A DNA stretch of 37,492 nucleotides from Dehalococcoidia bacterium. Lineage in GTDB: Bacteria; Chloroflexota; Dehalococcoidia; Dehalococcoidales; DAOWJC01. Of this stretch, positions 7,461 through 17,721 are shown in pieces; position 1 is the stretch's first letter, and each line of letters starts with the position of its first letter. Location: positions 1 through 37,492 of the forward strand of contig DAOWJC010000081.1 of the NCBI GenBank assembly GCA_030640595.1, in the 5' to 3' direction. A model generated the notes under the pieces. The model saw only the letters and a program-made list of their open reading frames with translations, was not told the origin of the DNA and did not search any database. The position numbers and the translations under genes were made by a program.

Positions 7461-9128
7461 TTACCGGCTAAATACCGCTCCGGTGCTACCTGAGCTTACC
7501 TTTTCGGCGTAATACCTGAGATAACCTGTCTTTACCTTCAACTCAAAGTCGACAAGACGGGCCAACCGATCAGATATTTCTTCATCACTAAGCTCAACCT
7601 CAAGCTTATGATTAGGAATATCAATTTTGACCATATCTCCATTAGTTAAGGCGGCAATGGGTCCTTTACTTGCTGCCTCAGGGGAGATATGTCCAATAGC
7701 AGCACCACGACTAGCTCCAGAAAACCGCCCGTCAGTTATCAGGGCTACCTCCTTATCTAGACCCATACCAATGAGGAGGGAGGTAGGGGTTAGCATCTCC
7801 CTCATCCCCGGTCCCCCCTTAGGACCCTCATAGCGGATAACTAACACATCACCTAGCTTTATGCTGCCACTCATAATAGCCGCTGTCGCTTCCTCTTCAG
7901 AGTCAAATACCCTGGATGGTCCCCGATGAACCATCATCTCCGGAGCTACTGCTGCTCTCTTCACTACAGCACCCTCTGGTGCCAGATTGCCAAAAAGGAT
8001 AGCAATGCCACCGGTAGCTGAGTAAGCATTAGCCACCGAGCGGATAACCTCTTTATCCACCACCTGGCTGTCAGCGATAATCTCACCCACTGATTTCCCC
8101 GACACTGTTCGTGACTCCACGTTTAGTAACCCCTGTAGCTCCTTCATTACTGCAGCTATGCCCCCAGCCCGGCCCAAATCCTCAAGGTGATAATCACCGG
8201 CTGGGCTTAGCTTACACAAGATAGGCGTGTGCTCGCTTATCTGGTTGACCATCTCCAGGGAAAAATCAACCTCTGCCTCATGGGCTATCGCCATAAGGTG
8301 CAGGACTGAATTGGTGCTACCACCCAGTGCCATATCAACGGTAAAAGCGTTACGAATAGAATCCATATTTACTATATCTCGAGGGCGGATTTCGCTAGCC
8401 AACAACTCCATTACCCGCTGCCCAGCTTCTTTAGCCAACTGTCGCCGTCGGGCATCAACCGCCAGAATAGTCCCATTGCCCGGTAGCCCCATTCCTAGAG
8501 CTTCAGTGGCGCAATTCATAGTATTGGCAGTAAACATTCCCGCACAACTACCATAACCAGGGCAAGCAATCTCCTCCAACTGTTCCAATTCTTCTTGAGT
8601 CATCTCGCCCCTAACCACCTTACCCACCGCCTCAAAGACAGAACTGGTGTCAACCTTGAGAAACCCGTTTTTACTACGTAAACGCCCGGCCAGCATGGGG
8701 CCACCGCTGATAAAGATAGCCGGTAGATTCAGCCTTACTGCTGCCATAAGCATACCCGGAACTATTTTGTCACAATTAGGAATAAAGACTAAAGCGTCAA
8801 AGGCGTGAGCTTCAGCCATTATCTCCACTGAGTCAGCTATCAGTTCACGGCTGGGCAGGCTATATTTCATACCCGGGTGGTTCATGGCAATGCCATCACC
8901 GACGGCAATAGTGTTAAACTCAAAGGGAACGCCGCCTCCGCTGCACACCCCCGCCTTAACTTCCTCGGCGATATCTCGCAGATGTACATGCCCGGGAACA
9001 ATCTCAGTAAAGCTATTAACAATACCTATAAACGGCTTATCTATCTCGGCTCGCCTCCAGCCCACGGCATGCAATAAAGCCCGGTGTCCGGCACGCTCTA
9101 CACCTCTTTTAACAGCATCGCTTTTCAT
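7461..9128 (-). CDS. ilvD: Dihydroxy-acid dehydratase
   Basis: Full-length similarity to short-form IlvD: [62 protein letters not shown]-terminus. GGAGGTGA RBS. Confidence 0.95.
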   Translation of the reverse strand: MKSDAVKRGVERAGHRALLHAVGWRRAEIDKPFIGIVNSFTEIVPGHVHLRDIAEEVKAGVCSGGGVPFEFNTIAVGDGIAMNHPGMKYSLPSRELIADSVEIMAEAHAFDALVFIPNCDKIVPGMLMAAVRLNLPAIFISGGPMLAGRLRSKNGFLKVDTSSVFEAVGKVVRGEMTQEELEQLEEIACPGYGSCAGMFTANTMNCATEALGMGLPGNGTILAVDARRRQLAKEAGQRVMELLASEIRPRDIVNMDSIRNAFTVDMALGGSTNSVLHLMAIAHEAEVDFSLEMVNQISEHTPILCKLSPAGDYHLEDLGRAGGIAAVMKELQGLLNVESRTVSGKSVGEIIADSQVVDKEVIRSVANAYSATGGIAILFGNLAPEGAVVKRAAVAPEMMVHRGPSRVFDSEEEATAAIMSGSIKLGDVLVIRYEGPKGGPGMREMLTPTSLLIGMGLDKEVALITDGRFSGASRGAAIGHISPEAASKGPIAALTNGDMVKIDIPNHKLEVELSDEEISDRLARLVDFELKVKTGYLRYYAEKVSSGSTGAVFSR

Positions 9129-9167
9129 ATCTCACCTCCATGAATTAGTTAAAACGCCAACGTAATC

Positions 9168-11072
9168 TTACCTTCCCATCATCGTATTTGGTAAAAACAA
9201 TGCAATTTGAGGAAAAGCTACCACTAGACCTACAACAAAAAGCATAACTATCCAAAACGGAATCAGAGCCCTAAATATATCATAGAGGGGTACATCTGGA
9301 ACCATCCCAGCCATAGCAAATACATTCATACCTATCGGCGGGGTTATCAATCCCACCTCCGCCATAACTACACATAGTACTCCAAACCATATGGGGTCAA
9401 AGCCAAGGGCCATCACTATAGGGAATATAATGGGCAAGGTTATTATTAGCGCCGGCAGGGCATTCATGATGCAGCCCAGAATCAAATACATAAGCAGAAT
9501 TGCACCAAGAGTAGCATATGCCGGCACGGCTAATCCAGCAATGAAGTCACCCATAACGAAGGTCAACTTGGTCAGACAAATGAGCTGACCAAGAGCTATA
9601 GCATAAATGAAGATAAAGAAGATCATAGCTGTCATTTGCATCGCGTCTTTGACAGCATCATTAAAGCCTTTCAAGGTAAGACGTCTCAAGGCTATACTAA
9701 TAACTAGGGCACCAAAGGCACCAATGGCTCCGGCTTCGTTGGGTGTAAGTATCCCCCCATAAATACCGCCAATGACCAGTAAGAACAGGACCAGCACTGA
9801 CCAGCTGCCCTTGAGGGATACCAGCTTTTCTCTAAGCGTGGTTGATGGCCCGGGGGGACCCAGTCTAGGGTTTATCTTGCAGCGAACAGTTATTGATAAC
9901 ATAAGCAAAGCCGTCAGTAAAATTCCGGGAATGATACCGGCTATGAAAAGCCTACCTATGGATTCCTCAACCGCAATGCCGTAAACAATAAAGCCCAGGC
10001 TAGGTGGTATCAATATGCCAATAGTACCTCCGGCGGCGATACAAGCTGTAGCCAGCTTAGGATCGTATTTGTAAGCCCTCATTTCAGGCAAGGCTACGGG
10101 AGCCGTGCTAACTATGCCAGAGAGGCTATCACCAACACAGGCAGCCAAGGCTCCGCAGGCTCCAACAGTAGCCGAAGCTAGACCTCCGGGCAAGTGCCCT
10201 ACCCATTTGTAGACTGTCTTGTAAATGTCTCCACCTAACGCGCCTCGGGCAACTAGTTGCCCCATTAATATAAACAGAGGGACAACACTCCACATGTAAT
10301 TAGAGGCTACACTTTGACTAGCCATAGCTATTAGAGTTAACCCGCCACTTGGAGAAGTCAAATAGCTGGCAGCCCAAAGAGTTATTATAGCCATAGCCGC
10401 GCCGATAGGTACTTCCAAAAATATTAGTAGAAACAAAAGTAATAGAGAAATAGCACCAAAAGTGGGGGCTTCAATTTTAATAGGCAGAAAAATACTTGAC
10501 CAAAGTGACATGGCAAGTAGGAGTGAAGTTACTATGATGGCTGGCGCCAGCCATGCGTAATTCCTGGTTCCGTTAGCTATCAGTTTGCTAAGAGACTCGA
10601 AAAAGTTGTGCAAAAAACTTAGTGCAAATAGTGCTATAAAGAAGGCAATGGCGAGGGCAAAGGGCCACATTGGTACATGTAACATCCCGGTGGCAAAGTG
10701 GCTAAGTAATTGACGCTGTGCGTGCACGACTAGTTGCCAGCTTAATACTGCCAGGATGCCGACGCTCAGCATGTCACCGCACATACTAATACCTAGCTTA
10801 GTTGTTGGTGAGAACCTGTTGACCAGAAGATCTACCCTGACGTGCCCGTGCACTAGCGCAGTATAAGCCATTCCGGCGAAGAATACGATGATTAGTAAAA
10901 GTCGGACCAGTTCAATATCGCCCGGTACCAGCCTTTGGACTGTGGTACGCAAAGTAACGTCCACCACAACCAAAAGCATCATAGCTAATAAAGCTACTCG
11001 GCCAAGATTGAGGCTCCACCGACTCAAGGATTCTACAGCCCTTTTTGAGGCAGCACCTAATCGTACACACAA
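9168..11072 (-). CDS. TRAP transporter fused small/large permease (DctQ-DctM type)
   Basis: 634 aa and highly hydrophobic. The N-terminal 150 aa or so are DctQ-like, the rest DctM-like. Lies next to a TRAP binding protein. The track start is TTG, so the exact start is uncertain. Confidence 0.85.
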   Translation of the reverse strand: MCVRLGAASKRAVESLSRWSLNLGRVALLAMMLLVVVDVTLRTTVQRLVPGDIELVRLLLIIVFFAGMAYTALVHGHVRVDLLVNRFSPTTKLGISMCGDMLSVGILAVLSWQLVVHAQRQLLSHFATGMLHVPMWPFALAIAFFIALFALSFLHNFFESLSKLIANGTRNYAWLAPAIIVTSLLLAMSLWSSIFLPIKIEAPTFGAISLLLLFLLIFLEVPIGAAMAIITLWAASYLTSPSGGLTLIAMASQSVASNYMWSVVPLFILMGQLVARGALGGDIYKTVYKWVGHLPGGLASATVGACGALAACVGDSLSGIVSTAPVALPEMRAYKYDPKLATACIAAGGTIGILIPPSLGFIVYGIAVEESIGRLFIAGIIPGILLTALLMLSITVRCKINPRLGPPGPSTTLREKLVSLKGSWSVLVLFLLVIGGIYGGILTPNEAGAIGAFGALVISIALRRLTLKGFNDAVKDAMQMTAMIFFIFIYAIALGQLICLTKLTFVMGDFIAGLAVPAYATLGAILLMYLILGCIMNALPALIITLPIIFPIVMALGFDPIWFGVLCVVMAEVGLITPPIGMNVFAMAGMVPDVPLYDIFRALIPFWIVMLFVVGLVVAFPQIALFLPNTMMGR

Positions 11073-11233
11073 CTCAATTTCTCTTCACCTCGAAACCTCT
11101 TCGTTGAAAGAGTAAAAATCACCTCTTGCCAAATACGGCTACTACATTCTTTCCTCAGTTGCATACCCTAGTTAAACGGCAAAAAGCATCACATTGTTGC
11201 CCCGTCAAGCCCTGGCACCTCGTTGCAGTTAGT

Positions 11234-12352
11234 TTAGCCGTAAATATAACCTTCTATAAGGCGTATGGCATCCTTAAGGATATCCTTACCGGGTATACCT
11301 CTGGCCTCCTGTTCTTCAGCCCATTTATCCCAAAGCGGTCTAAATGCCTCCCTCATCTTAGCCATGTCTTCTGCTGACCATTCTATTATTTCCTGCTCTG
11401 GATCTGGGTAAATGTTTTTCTCACGCACAGCTAGGTTGTCTTGGACACGTGATCTCATGCAAAGGACCTGCATCTCAGACCAAAGCATTTCGAGCTGTCC
11501 CTGCTCATCTGGCGTGAATTGGTCCCAAATATCCCGATTAATAATCCAAAGGGCGACTCCTGGGGAAACACTTATTAAGCTGTGGTACTGAGTTACTTCA
11601 TAAAATTTCCAGTTCTTTACAGCTCCCCAAGCAATAACAATACCATCTACTATCCCTCTTTCCAGCGCTGGATACATCTCCGTCATCGGCAGTGTTGAGG
11701 TGGTGCCTCCCAGAAGCGCCAATGCCTCCGCGGTCTTGTGGTCTTGACAAGCAATTAGCTTGCCTTTAAGCTCGTCCAAGCTGCGTATTGGCACTGTTGA
11801 ATGAATGTCAGCGCGCATAGCAACATCCGTTGCCCAAAATTTTACCTTGGGGCTAAGCTCCTGCAAGAAGTGGGGATACTTTTCCCAAAGTTCCCTTTGA
11901 ACTGCATTGGATGTTGCTTGGTTAGGGAATAGGCCAGGGAGGCTAAAGAGGTCAGCAATCAAGGGAAAGACTCCAGGGTTTGATGGGGTCCAAACCATGC
12001 CAGCGCCAACAATTCCCTCTTGAATCGCCGTATACTGATCCGGGGGTGGAACTACGGTGGAGCTGTAGTGCATAGTTACCTTAACCCTGCCATGAGTAGC
12101 TTTGACTATAAGATCTACTACTCCCTCCTCTGTAATCGTTGCGTATGGACTCCCTGCCGGCGTGATGCAATTCCAGGTTAACTCTATTTCAGGCAGCGGT
12201 GCTGGTGCGGGAGCTGGAGCTGGTGCGGGAGCTGGAGCTGGTGCTGGTGCGGGAGCTGGTGCGGGAGCTGGAGCTGGCTTGGCACAACCAACCAACACAG
12301 GCACAAGCACTAGAATCAAGGCTAAGCTAATCAAAACTATTCTCTTTTTCAT
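11234..12352 (-). CDS. TRAP transporter substrate-binding lipoprotein (DctP-like) with a (PA)13 linker
   Basis: Signal peptide plus lipobox LVGC, then AK(PA)13PLP, then a DctP-like domain. AAGGAG RBS. Immediately upstream of the TRAP permease. Confidence 0.8.
   Translation of the reverse strand: MKKRIVLISLALILVLVPVLVGCAKPAPAPAPAPAPAPAPAPAPAPAPAPAPLPEIELTWNCITPAGSPYATITEEGVVDLIVKATHGRVKVTMHYSSTVVPPPDQYTAIQEGIVGAGMVWTPSNPGVFPLIADLFSLPGLFPNQATSNAVQRELWEKYPHFLQELSPKVKFWATDVAMRADIHSTVPIRSLDELKGKLIACQDHKTAEALALLGGTTSTLPMTEMYPALERGIVDGIVIAWGAVKNWKFYEVTQYHSLISVSPGVALWIINRDIWDQFTPDEQGQLEMLWSEMQVLCMRSRVQDNLAVREKNIYPDPEQEIIEWSAEDMAKMREAFRPLWDKWAEEQEARGIPGKDILKDAIRLIEGYIYG
12200..12277 (-). repeat. Coding dinucleotide-peptide repeat, 13 x Pro-Ala (CCN GCN)
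   Basis: Read directly: cca gct / ccc gca / cca gca units. Produces the shadow (GA)n ORF on the plus strand. Confidence 0.9.
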
Positions 12353-12479
12353 TCCTCATCTCCTTTTTAAGATTTGGTCTCCTTGTACATTCATAGCTTC
12401 TTCACATTTTACCACCTCCTTTTTCACTTCTTTACGGGTGCCTCTGATAATATTTCGCTGCAGCACAGCCAATTTTTGC

Positions 12480-13238
12480 TTACTTACCTGCGGTAAAACC
12501 GCCATCAATAGTTAGACTGGCACCGGTAATAAATGAGGCATCATCTGAAGCTAAAAACAACACTGCACTTGCGACTTCCTCAGCACTGGCAATGCGTTTC
12601 ATGGGTTGTGAATCAATTAAACCTTGGGCAACGACAGGAGCCGCTCGTAAGACTTCTCTAGTCATATCCGTGTCAATCGTGCCAGGGCATACACAATTGA
12701 CCCTTATATTGTCCTTAGCTACCTCCAGGGCAATAGAACGTGTCATACTGAGTATTGCCCCCTTAGACGCACAATAAGCTGATCTCCACGGCCGACCTAT
12801 CAAGCCCGCCATAGACGACATATTGATGATAGCTCCACCGCTACCTTGTTTTTTCATTTGTCTTATTACGGCTCGTAATGCCCAAAACTCGCCTTTAACG
12901 TTGATATCAAGCGATTCGTTAACATCTTCATCAGTCGTTTCTTCTATCGGATTTGAAAGGCTTACGCCGGCATTGTTGAACAGGATATTTATCCTGCCAT
13001 ATTTATCAGTTGTGTCCTGTACTAGTTTATCAACTAATTCAGATTTCCTTACATCGCATATGAAATAGGTCGCTTCACCACCGTTCTTCACAATTTCGGC
13101 AACAACCTCTTTCAGTGGCTCTTCGCGCCTCCCACAAATAACAACCTTCGCTCCTTCTCTTGAAAAAGCGATAGCAGCTGCCTTCCCTATGCCAGTACCG
13201 CCACCGGTAATCAATACAACCTCGCCGTTAAACCTCAT
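12480..13238 (-). CDS. Short-chain dehydrogenase/reductase (SDR) family oxidoreductase
   Basis: TGGGTGIGKA cofactor motif, NNAG, catalytic YCASKGA. ATG at 13238 (MRFNGEVVLITGG) preferred over the track TTG at 13259. Confidence 0.9.
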   Translation of the reverse strand: MRFNGEVVLITGGGTGIGKAAAIAFSREGAKVVICGRREEPLKEVVAEIVKNGGEATYFICDVRKSELVDKLVQDTTDKYGRINILFNNAGVSLSNPIEETTDEDVNESLDINVKGEFWALRAVIRQMKKQGSGGAIINMSSMAGLIGRPWRSAYCASKGAILSMTRSIALEVAKDNIRVNCVCPGTIDTDMTREVLRAAPVVAQGLIDSQPMKRIASAEEVASAVLFLASDDASFITGASLTIDGGFTAGK

Positions 13239-13272
13239 ATCCCCGTTCCCTTTGTACAAGCATTGTTGGAAA

Positions 13273-13466
13273 ATAGGCAGACTATCGTTATACGACAGTC
13301 TATCCTATCATACCACAACTTGTCAAGCCCTCTGCAAAGGTGTTTTGCGAATCTACAGAAGTCAGGCGAGTTCTGGCAACACTGGCTAGAATATTTATAA
13401 ATTCTGTGGTAAAATTAGCGACTAGATAGCTACTCGCTCCTGACCCACGGGGCTACTCCGTGGGGG
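13273..13466. promoter_or_regulatory. Divergent promoter/operator cassette, copy A (between SDR operon and marR-like gene)
   Basis: Minus strand: AGGGCTTGACAAGTTGTGGTATGATAGG (TTGACA, extended -10 TGGTATGAT), then the palindromic core TCGTATAACGA. Plus strand: TGGTAAAAT extended -10 and a hairpin CCCACGG-N7-CCGTGGG. Near-identical to 24362-24546. Confidence 0.6.
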
Positions 13467-13517
13467 TAGGATAGCCCAACTATTGTCAGGGTAGCCGATT
13501 GCGAATGGAGGAGACTA

Positions 13518-13997
13518 ATGGAAAACTTTCAATGCAGGCACCAACATCAAAACCTGTGTTTATTGCTAGCCCAGACTAGAGACGCGATATACAGGGTTAG
13601 GCGTAAACAATTGCATCGGTACAATATCACCCCTAGGCAGAGCGTTGCTCTATTTGTTATTCACAACGCAGGCGAGAAGGCAACGCCTGCTGAGATATCG
13701 CACTGGCTTTTCCGAGAGTCCCACACGGTTTCTGAATTGCTGAGCAGGATGGAAAAGCAAGGACTGGTGAAGAAGGTCAAGGACTTGGGCAAAAAGAACC
13801 TAGTAAGAATCGAGTTAACAGAGAAGGGACGTAAAACCTACCATCAATCAGCCAAGCAACAATCCATTTCCGACGTCATGTCTTCCCTATCTGAGGAAGA
13901 GTGCCAACAGCTGATGTCATACTTGCAGATATTGCGGGATAACGCAATGAAAGAACTTGGAATGAAGCACGAAATGTCCTTCTCATCCTCACAATGA
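13518..13997 (+). CDS. MarR family transcriptional regulator
   Basis: 159 aa with a winged-HTH region (ITPRQSVALFVIHNAGEKATPAEISHWLFRESHTVSELLSRMEKQGLVKK). GGAGGAG RBS. Divergent from the SDR-TRAP operon. Confidence 0.85.
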   Translation: MENFQCRHQHQNLCLLLAQTRDAIYRVRRKQLHRYNITPRQSVALFVIHNAGEKATPAEISHWLFRESHTVSELLSRMEKQGLVKKVKDLGKKNLVRIELTEKGRKTYHQSAKQQSISDVMSSLSEEECQQLMSYLQILRDNAMKELGMKHEMSFSSSQ

Positions 13998-14168
13998 GCA
14001 GCGCCGTTGTCGCCGTGCTCAAATGGCGCAGATCGTTCTGAATGAGTCCCAAACTCCCACACTTGCATATCCAAGCTGAAGCGCTTAAGAAAACATACCT
14101 TTAACTACAATCAGATAGCCTCAAAGCTCTTAGAATAGGGGGAAATCAAAACTGTGCTTTTGTGAGTT

Positions 14169-14786
14169 CTAATTCTGCGAGCGCAGTGCTTTGAATCCGA
14201 TCTCAAAGGCTTTTAAATTTAACTCAATTCTCTCGCTAGGAAAGGTATCCCGCATTTCATCTTCAAGATCTTTCCTTGTTAGGGGAAGCTGACTTGAAGC
14301 AATTAAGGCACCCAGCATGATAACGTTAGCGACTATGGGCATGCCCAGCTTGAGACCCATGTCAGTAGCATCCAAGAACCAAACCAATGCGGAAAGCTCA
14401 GTAATGGCCTGCCTAAGAGCCTCATAGTTAGGATACCGATCCTTCCCGGAAAGGACGGAAACTGGAAAGAGGGGGTGGAAGTTAGTTATAGTGATTACTT
14501 TGGGATTTCCGTACCTGATTAGCATTCTCAGGGTTTCCAGAGGCTCAAGGCTGAGGATGACATGGGCTTTGCCCTCAGGTATGAGAGGACCGAAGGGCAT
14601 CTTTGCCGATATGCGGACATTGCTCATTACCGCCCCACCCCTTTGTGCTACACCAAGGGTTTCTCCGATGGCAACAAAGTAGCCCTTGTTCATTAGAGAC
14701 TGGCCGATCAGACGAGAAAGCAAGATATTCCCCTGTCCACCAACCCCACTGATAACTAGATTCAAAGGGTCTTCTCGAATAGCCAT
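14169..14786 (-). CDS. iorB: Indolepyruvate:ferredoxin oxidoreductase beta subunit
   Basis: N-terminal LVISGVGGQGNILLSRLIG, typical of the 2-oxoacid:ferredoxin oxidoreductase gamma/IorB family. The start overlaps the iorA stop by 1 nt (TAATG). Confidence 0.85.
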   Translation of the reverse strand: MAIREDPLNLVISGVGGQGNILLSRLIGQSLMNKGYFVAIGETLGVAQRGGAVMSNVRISAKMPFGPLIPEGKAHVILSLEPLETLRMLIRYGNPKVITITNFHPLFPVSVLSGKDRYPNYEALRQAITELSALVWFLDATDMGLKLGMPIVANVIMLGALIASSQLPLTRKDLEDEMRDTFPSERIELNLKAFEIGFKALRSQN

Positions 14787-16699
14787 TATGCTGCCTCCTC
14801 TCTGACAATCGCTCCAAAGGGGCAGATGTCAACGCAAACACCACATCCACAGCAAACCGCTTCATTAATTTGTGCCTTTCCTGTCTCGATATCCCAGAGC
14901 AACCCGGGACACCTAAATGACTTAGTGCAGAAACCGCATTTCTCACCACGGCACTTCTCCACGTCCACCCAGACCTTATAAGGGTATCTTCGTTCCTCTC
15001 TCATTCGCACTAATTCGCATTTTCGCTGCATAATTAAGACCTTAACTCCGTCTTCTTTCATAAGCTGAAGTAGCGTATCCGTTGTGCCTTTGATATCGAA
15101 CGGATCGGTGACCACCACTTTGCATCCTAGGCTCCGACAAAACTTCGCCGCATCTATCGTCGGGGCTGCGTTCTCCATTGCGTCAAAAGCTGTCCCGGGA
15201 TGGGATTGGAAGCCAGTCATCGCCGTAGTCCTGTTATCCAGCAGTACCATTACCATGTTAGACTTGTTATGTATGGCATTCAGAAGAGCCGGAATGGCAG
15301 CGTGATAAAAGGTCGAATCGCCGCACACAGCTATCACTGGCTGTTCCGAACCAAACCGGTCTAGATGGCCAAAGCCGGTAGCAAGCCCAACACCAGAGCC
15401 CATGGCATGTAATGCCTTGGTCAGCTTGTCACCGGCAGGAAAGACATCTAAAGTGTAGCAGCCAATATCGCCAGTCAAGAAGCCATCCCGACCATCTTTC
15501 TGCAACGCCTTTTTTATGGACCAAAAGCTGGCACGGTGCGGGCACCCTGGGCACAGGGTTACACCACGGTCAATAAGCAGCTTTGCCGCGGCATCATTGG
15601 CTCTCTGTTCGTAATCTGCTTCCCTGGCAAGATACTCCATCTGGAACAGGGTGGCTAGAGCTTTTAGCACCGTGTCTGGCTTTAACTCTCCAACCTTAGG
15701 CAAGTGTCCGGAATCCTTACCATAGATTTTCAAAGACTTGGATACTTTTGCCGATTCAAATGCCGTCTTTTTAACAAAAGTTTCGAGGAACGGGTCAACT
15801 TCTTCCACAATCAGAACCCGACTAGTCTTAGCCAGGTGCTTTGCCACCAGTCCTTTAGGAATTGGCCAAAGAGTTCCTAATTTTAGTACGCCTACTGACT
15901 TCCCGAGGTTCAACGACTCTACCGCTTCTACGGCATAGCTACTGCCGACGCCACTGCATATAATGATGAGCTCCGGATTCTCCGGACCCTGATACCAATT
16001 AAAGGAAGAGCGTTCAAAAGTTTCCTGTACCTTGGCTAATCTCTCGAGAACACTGATATGGTGCAGTCTGGCTAGGTAGGGTGAGATGCACTGCGAGGTA
16101 TCAAAGTGAGCTTTCTTTTCAACATGTGGCAACTTGCCCAGTGTGACCAAGCTGGTGGAAAGCGAAAGACGGGTGGAACTCCTTATCAGAAAGAAACCAT
16201 TGAACTCTTCGGAAAGTTCAAAAGCCCACTTTGTTATCTCCTTAGCTTCTTGTGGGCTCCCCGGTTCTAACAAGGGAATACCTTCAGAACTGGCAACCCA
16301 GCGTGAATCCGCCTCATCACCACTGGAATGGCCTTCCGGGTCATCACAGACCACCACCACCAATCCTGCCCCGTTCTTGCCCAGCCCAGAATAATTAAGG
16401 TGAACCAGAAAGTCCAACGCCACGTTCAACCCCGCCGTTTTCATGGCAGCAAGTGCCCGAAGTCCGGAGAAAGATACCGCTGCAGCGGCTTCTGTGGCTA
16501 CCTTCTCGTTGGTGGACCACTCCACATATATGCCTGTCTCCTTAGCCACCTGAGCCAGGCTCTCCACTACCTCCGACGAGGGAGTTCCTGGATAACCGGC
16601 AGCGAACTGCACACCTGCCTCCAAGGCACCTCTGGCGATAGCCTTATTACCCATAAACAACTGTGGGGAGCCAGGGCTTCCTTGAGCAAGACTAGGCAT
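14786..16699 (-). CDS. iorA: Indolepyruvate:ferredoxin oxidoreductase alpha subunit
   Basis: TPP-binding GDIGCY..GDSTFYH. C-terminal 2x[4Fe-4S] region CRGEKCGFC..CPG and CCGCGVCVDICP. ATG at 16699 with GGAGGT 5 nt upstream; the track ORF extends to 16732. Confidence 0.9.
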   Translation of the reverse strand: MPSLAQGSPGSPQLFMGNKAIARGALEAGVQFAAGYPGTPSSEVVESLAQVAKETGIYVEWSTNEKVATEAAAAVSFSGLRALAAMKTAGLNVALDFLVHLNYSGLGKNGAGLVVVVCDDPEGHSSGDEADSRWVASSEGIPLLEPGSPQEAKEITKWAFELSEEFNGFFLIRSSTRLSLSTSLVTLGKLPHVEKKAHFDTSQCISPYLARLHHISVLERLAKVQETFERSSFNWYQGPENPELIIICSGVGSSYAVEAVESLNLGKSVGVLKLGTLWPIPKGLVAKHLAKTSRVLIVEEVDPFLETFVKKTAFESAKVSKSLKIYGKDSGHLPKVGELKPDTVLKALATLFQMEYLAREADYEQRANDAAAKLLIDRGVTLCPGCPHRASFWSIKKALQKDGRDGFLTGDIGCYTLDVFPAGDKLTKALHAMGSGVGLATGFGHLDRFGSEQPVIAVCGDSTFYHAAIPALLNAIHNKSNMVMVLLDNRTTAMTGFQSHPGTAFDAMENAAPTIDAAKFCRSLGCKVVVTDPFDIKGTTDTLLQLMKEDGVKVLIMQRKCELVRMREERRYPYKVWVDVEKCRGEKCGFCTKSFRCPGLLWDIETGKAQINEAVCCGCGVCVDICPFGAIVREEAA

Positions 16700-16803
16700 T
16701 TTATACCTCCGGTTCCGATGTATAAGGAGCACCTTTGTTACCCTGCGTCCAACATCGACGATCGTTGGCCTGCCTGCTGTCTAAGAGGCTCCTTGAAGCA
16801 AAA

Positions 16804-17595
16804 CTAACCAACAAAGTGTGCGGAAACGGAACCAAGACGGTCAAAGGTAGCACGGAAACACGAACCAGCCTCAATGTCCATAGCTGAAGTGAGGCTACCG
16901 GACATAATGAATTCGCCTTTCCGCAAGGTAATGCCATATTCGTTTAATTTATTTGCCAGCCAAGCTACTGCCTGTGCCGGATTACCCAGTACAGCGGCAC
17001 CGGCACCAGTAGCAATTGTCTCCCCATTTTTCTCGAGAACCATGCCTACCAGCCGAAAATCAAGGTTGGCTACCGATGTCATCTGGCTACCAAGAACTAC
17101 CAAGGCGCTGCTAGCATTGTCAGCTATGGTGTCTTGGATCTTGATTTTCCAGCCCTTAAAGCGGGAGTCAATGACTTCCAGTGCTGGCATGATACCAGCA
17201 GTAGCGGTTAAAACCATGGCTGAAGTTATCCCTGGACCTCTTAAGTCATCTTTTAGAACGAAACAAACCTCTCCTTCAATGCGTGGCTGTATCAAACGAG
17301 TCATCAGAATCGGCTGGTCTTGTGGTACTACCATTGTGTTCAGAATGTGCCCGTAGTCCGGCTCATTAACGCCGAGTAACTCCTGCATGGCTTTACTGCA
17401 AAGCCCTATTTTCTTGCCAACAATCACTTCACCATTATTAACCTTGGTCTGCACCATCCGCAACTGGATGACATATGCTTCCGGTATGCTTATCTCTGGG
17501 AATCTATCCGTAAGATTATCTACTGGAGTACAAGTCCTTCCTGCCTCAATCAGTTCTTGAGATAATCTGTCAAGCTGCTTTTCCGTCAAAGTCAT
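16804..17595 (-). CDS. 2-keto-4-pentenoate hydratase / 2-oxohepta-3-ene-1,7-dioate hydratase family (MhpD/HpcG-like)
   Basis: GKKIGLCSKAMQELLGVNEPDYG and the rest match the hydratase branch of the FAH fold. ATG at 17595 preceded by AGGAGG; the track ORF extends to 17670. Confidence 0.85.
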   Translation of the reverse strand: MTLTEKQLDRLSQELIEAGRTCTPVDNLTDRFPEISIPEAYVIQLRMVQTKVNNGEVIVGKKIGLCSKAMQELLGVNEPDYGHILNTMVVPQDQPILMTRLIQPRIEGEVCFVLKDDLRGPGITSAMVLTATAGIMPALEVIDSRFKGWKIKIQDTIADNASSALVVLGSQMTSVANLDFRLVGMVLEKNGETIATGAGAAVLGNPAQAVAWLANKLNEYGITLRKGEFIMSGSLTSAMDIEAGSCFRATFDRLGSVSAHFVG

Positions 17596-17721
17596 TCTAC
17601 ACCTCCTTGACATACTCTCTGCCATAGAGCCTCTGTGCGCTGACAAGTCTTCAAATTGCCGCCTCCACATTCAAGGTCTCTTGAGGTCGTCTTTCATCTG
17701 CTATACCGCCAGCACCTGCCA

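Noticed and set aside
7461-9128. IlvD/Edd-family sugar-acid dehydratase rather than biosynthetic IlvD, given the TRAP/SDR neighbours
   Set aside because: Motif-by-motif similarity to bona fide short-form IlvD is high across the whole length. The context alone does not justify renaming it.
12353-12479. Start-stop mini-ORF (AAAGGAGGTGGTAAA-ATG-TGA) and a 12-codon uORF before the TRAP binding protein gene
   Set aside because: Too short to evaluate without expression data, and it could be chance. Noted as a possible translational control element only.
12102-12515. 137-aa plus-strand ORF containing a (GA)n run
   Set aside because: It is the antisense shadow of the (PA)13 linker and signal peptide of the TRAP binding protein. 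It has no RBS and low-complexity content.
13362-13392. Sigma54-like TGGCAA-N5-GCT in the conserved 51-nt block
   Set aside because: GG to GC spacing is 10 nt instead of 12, and the -12 element is not TTGC.
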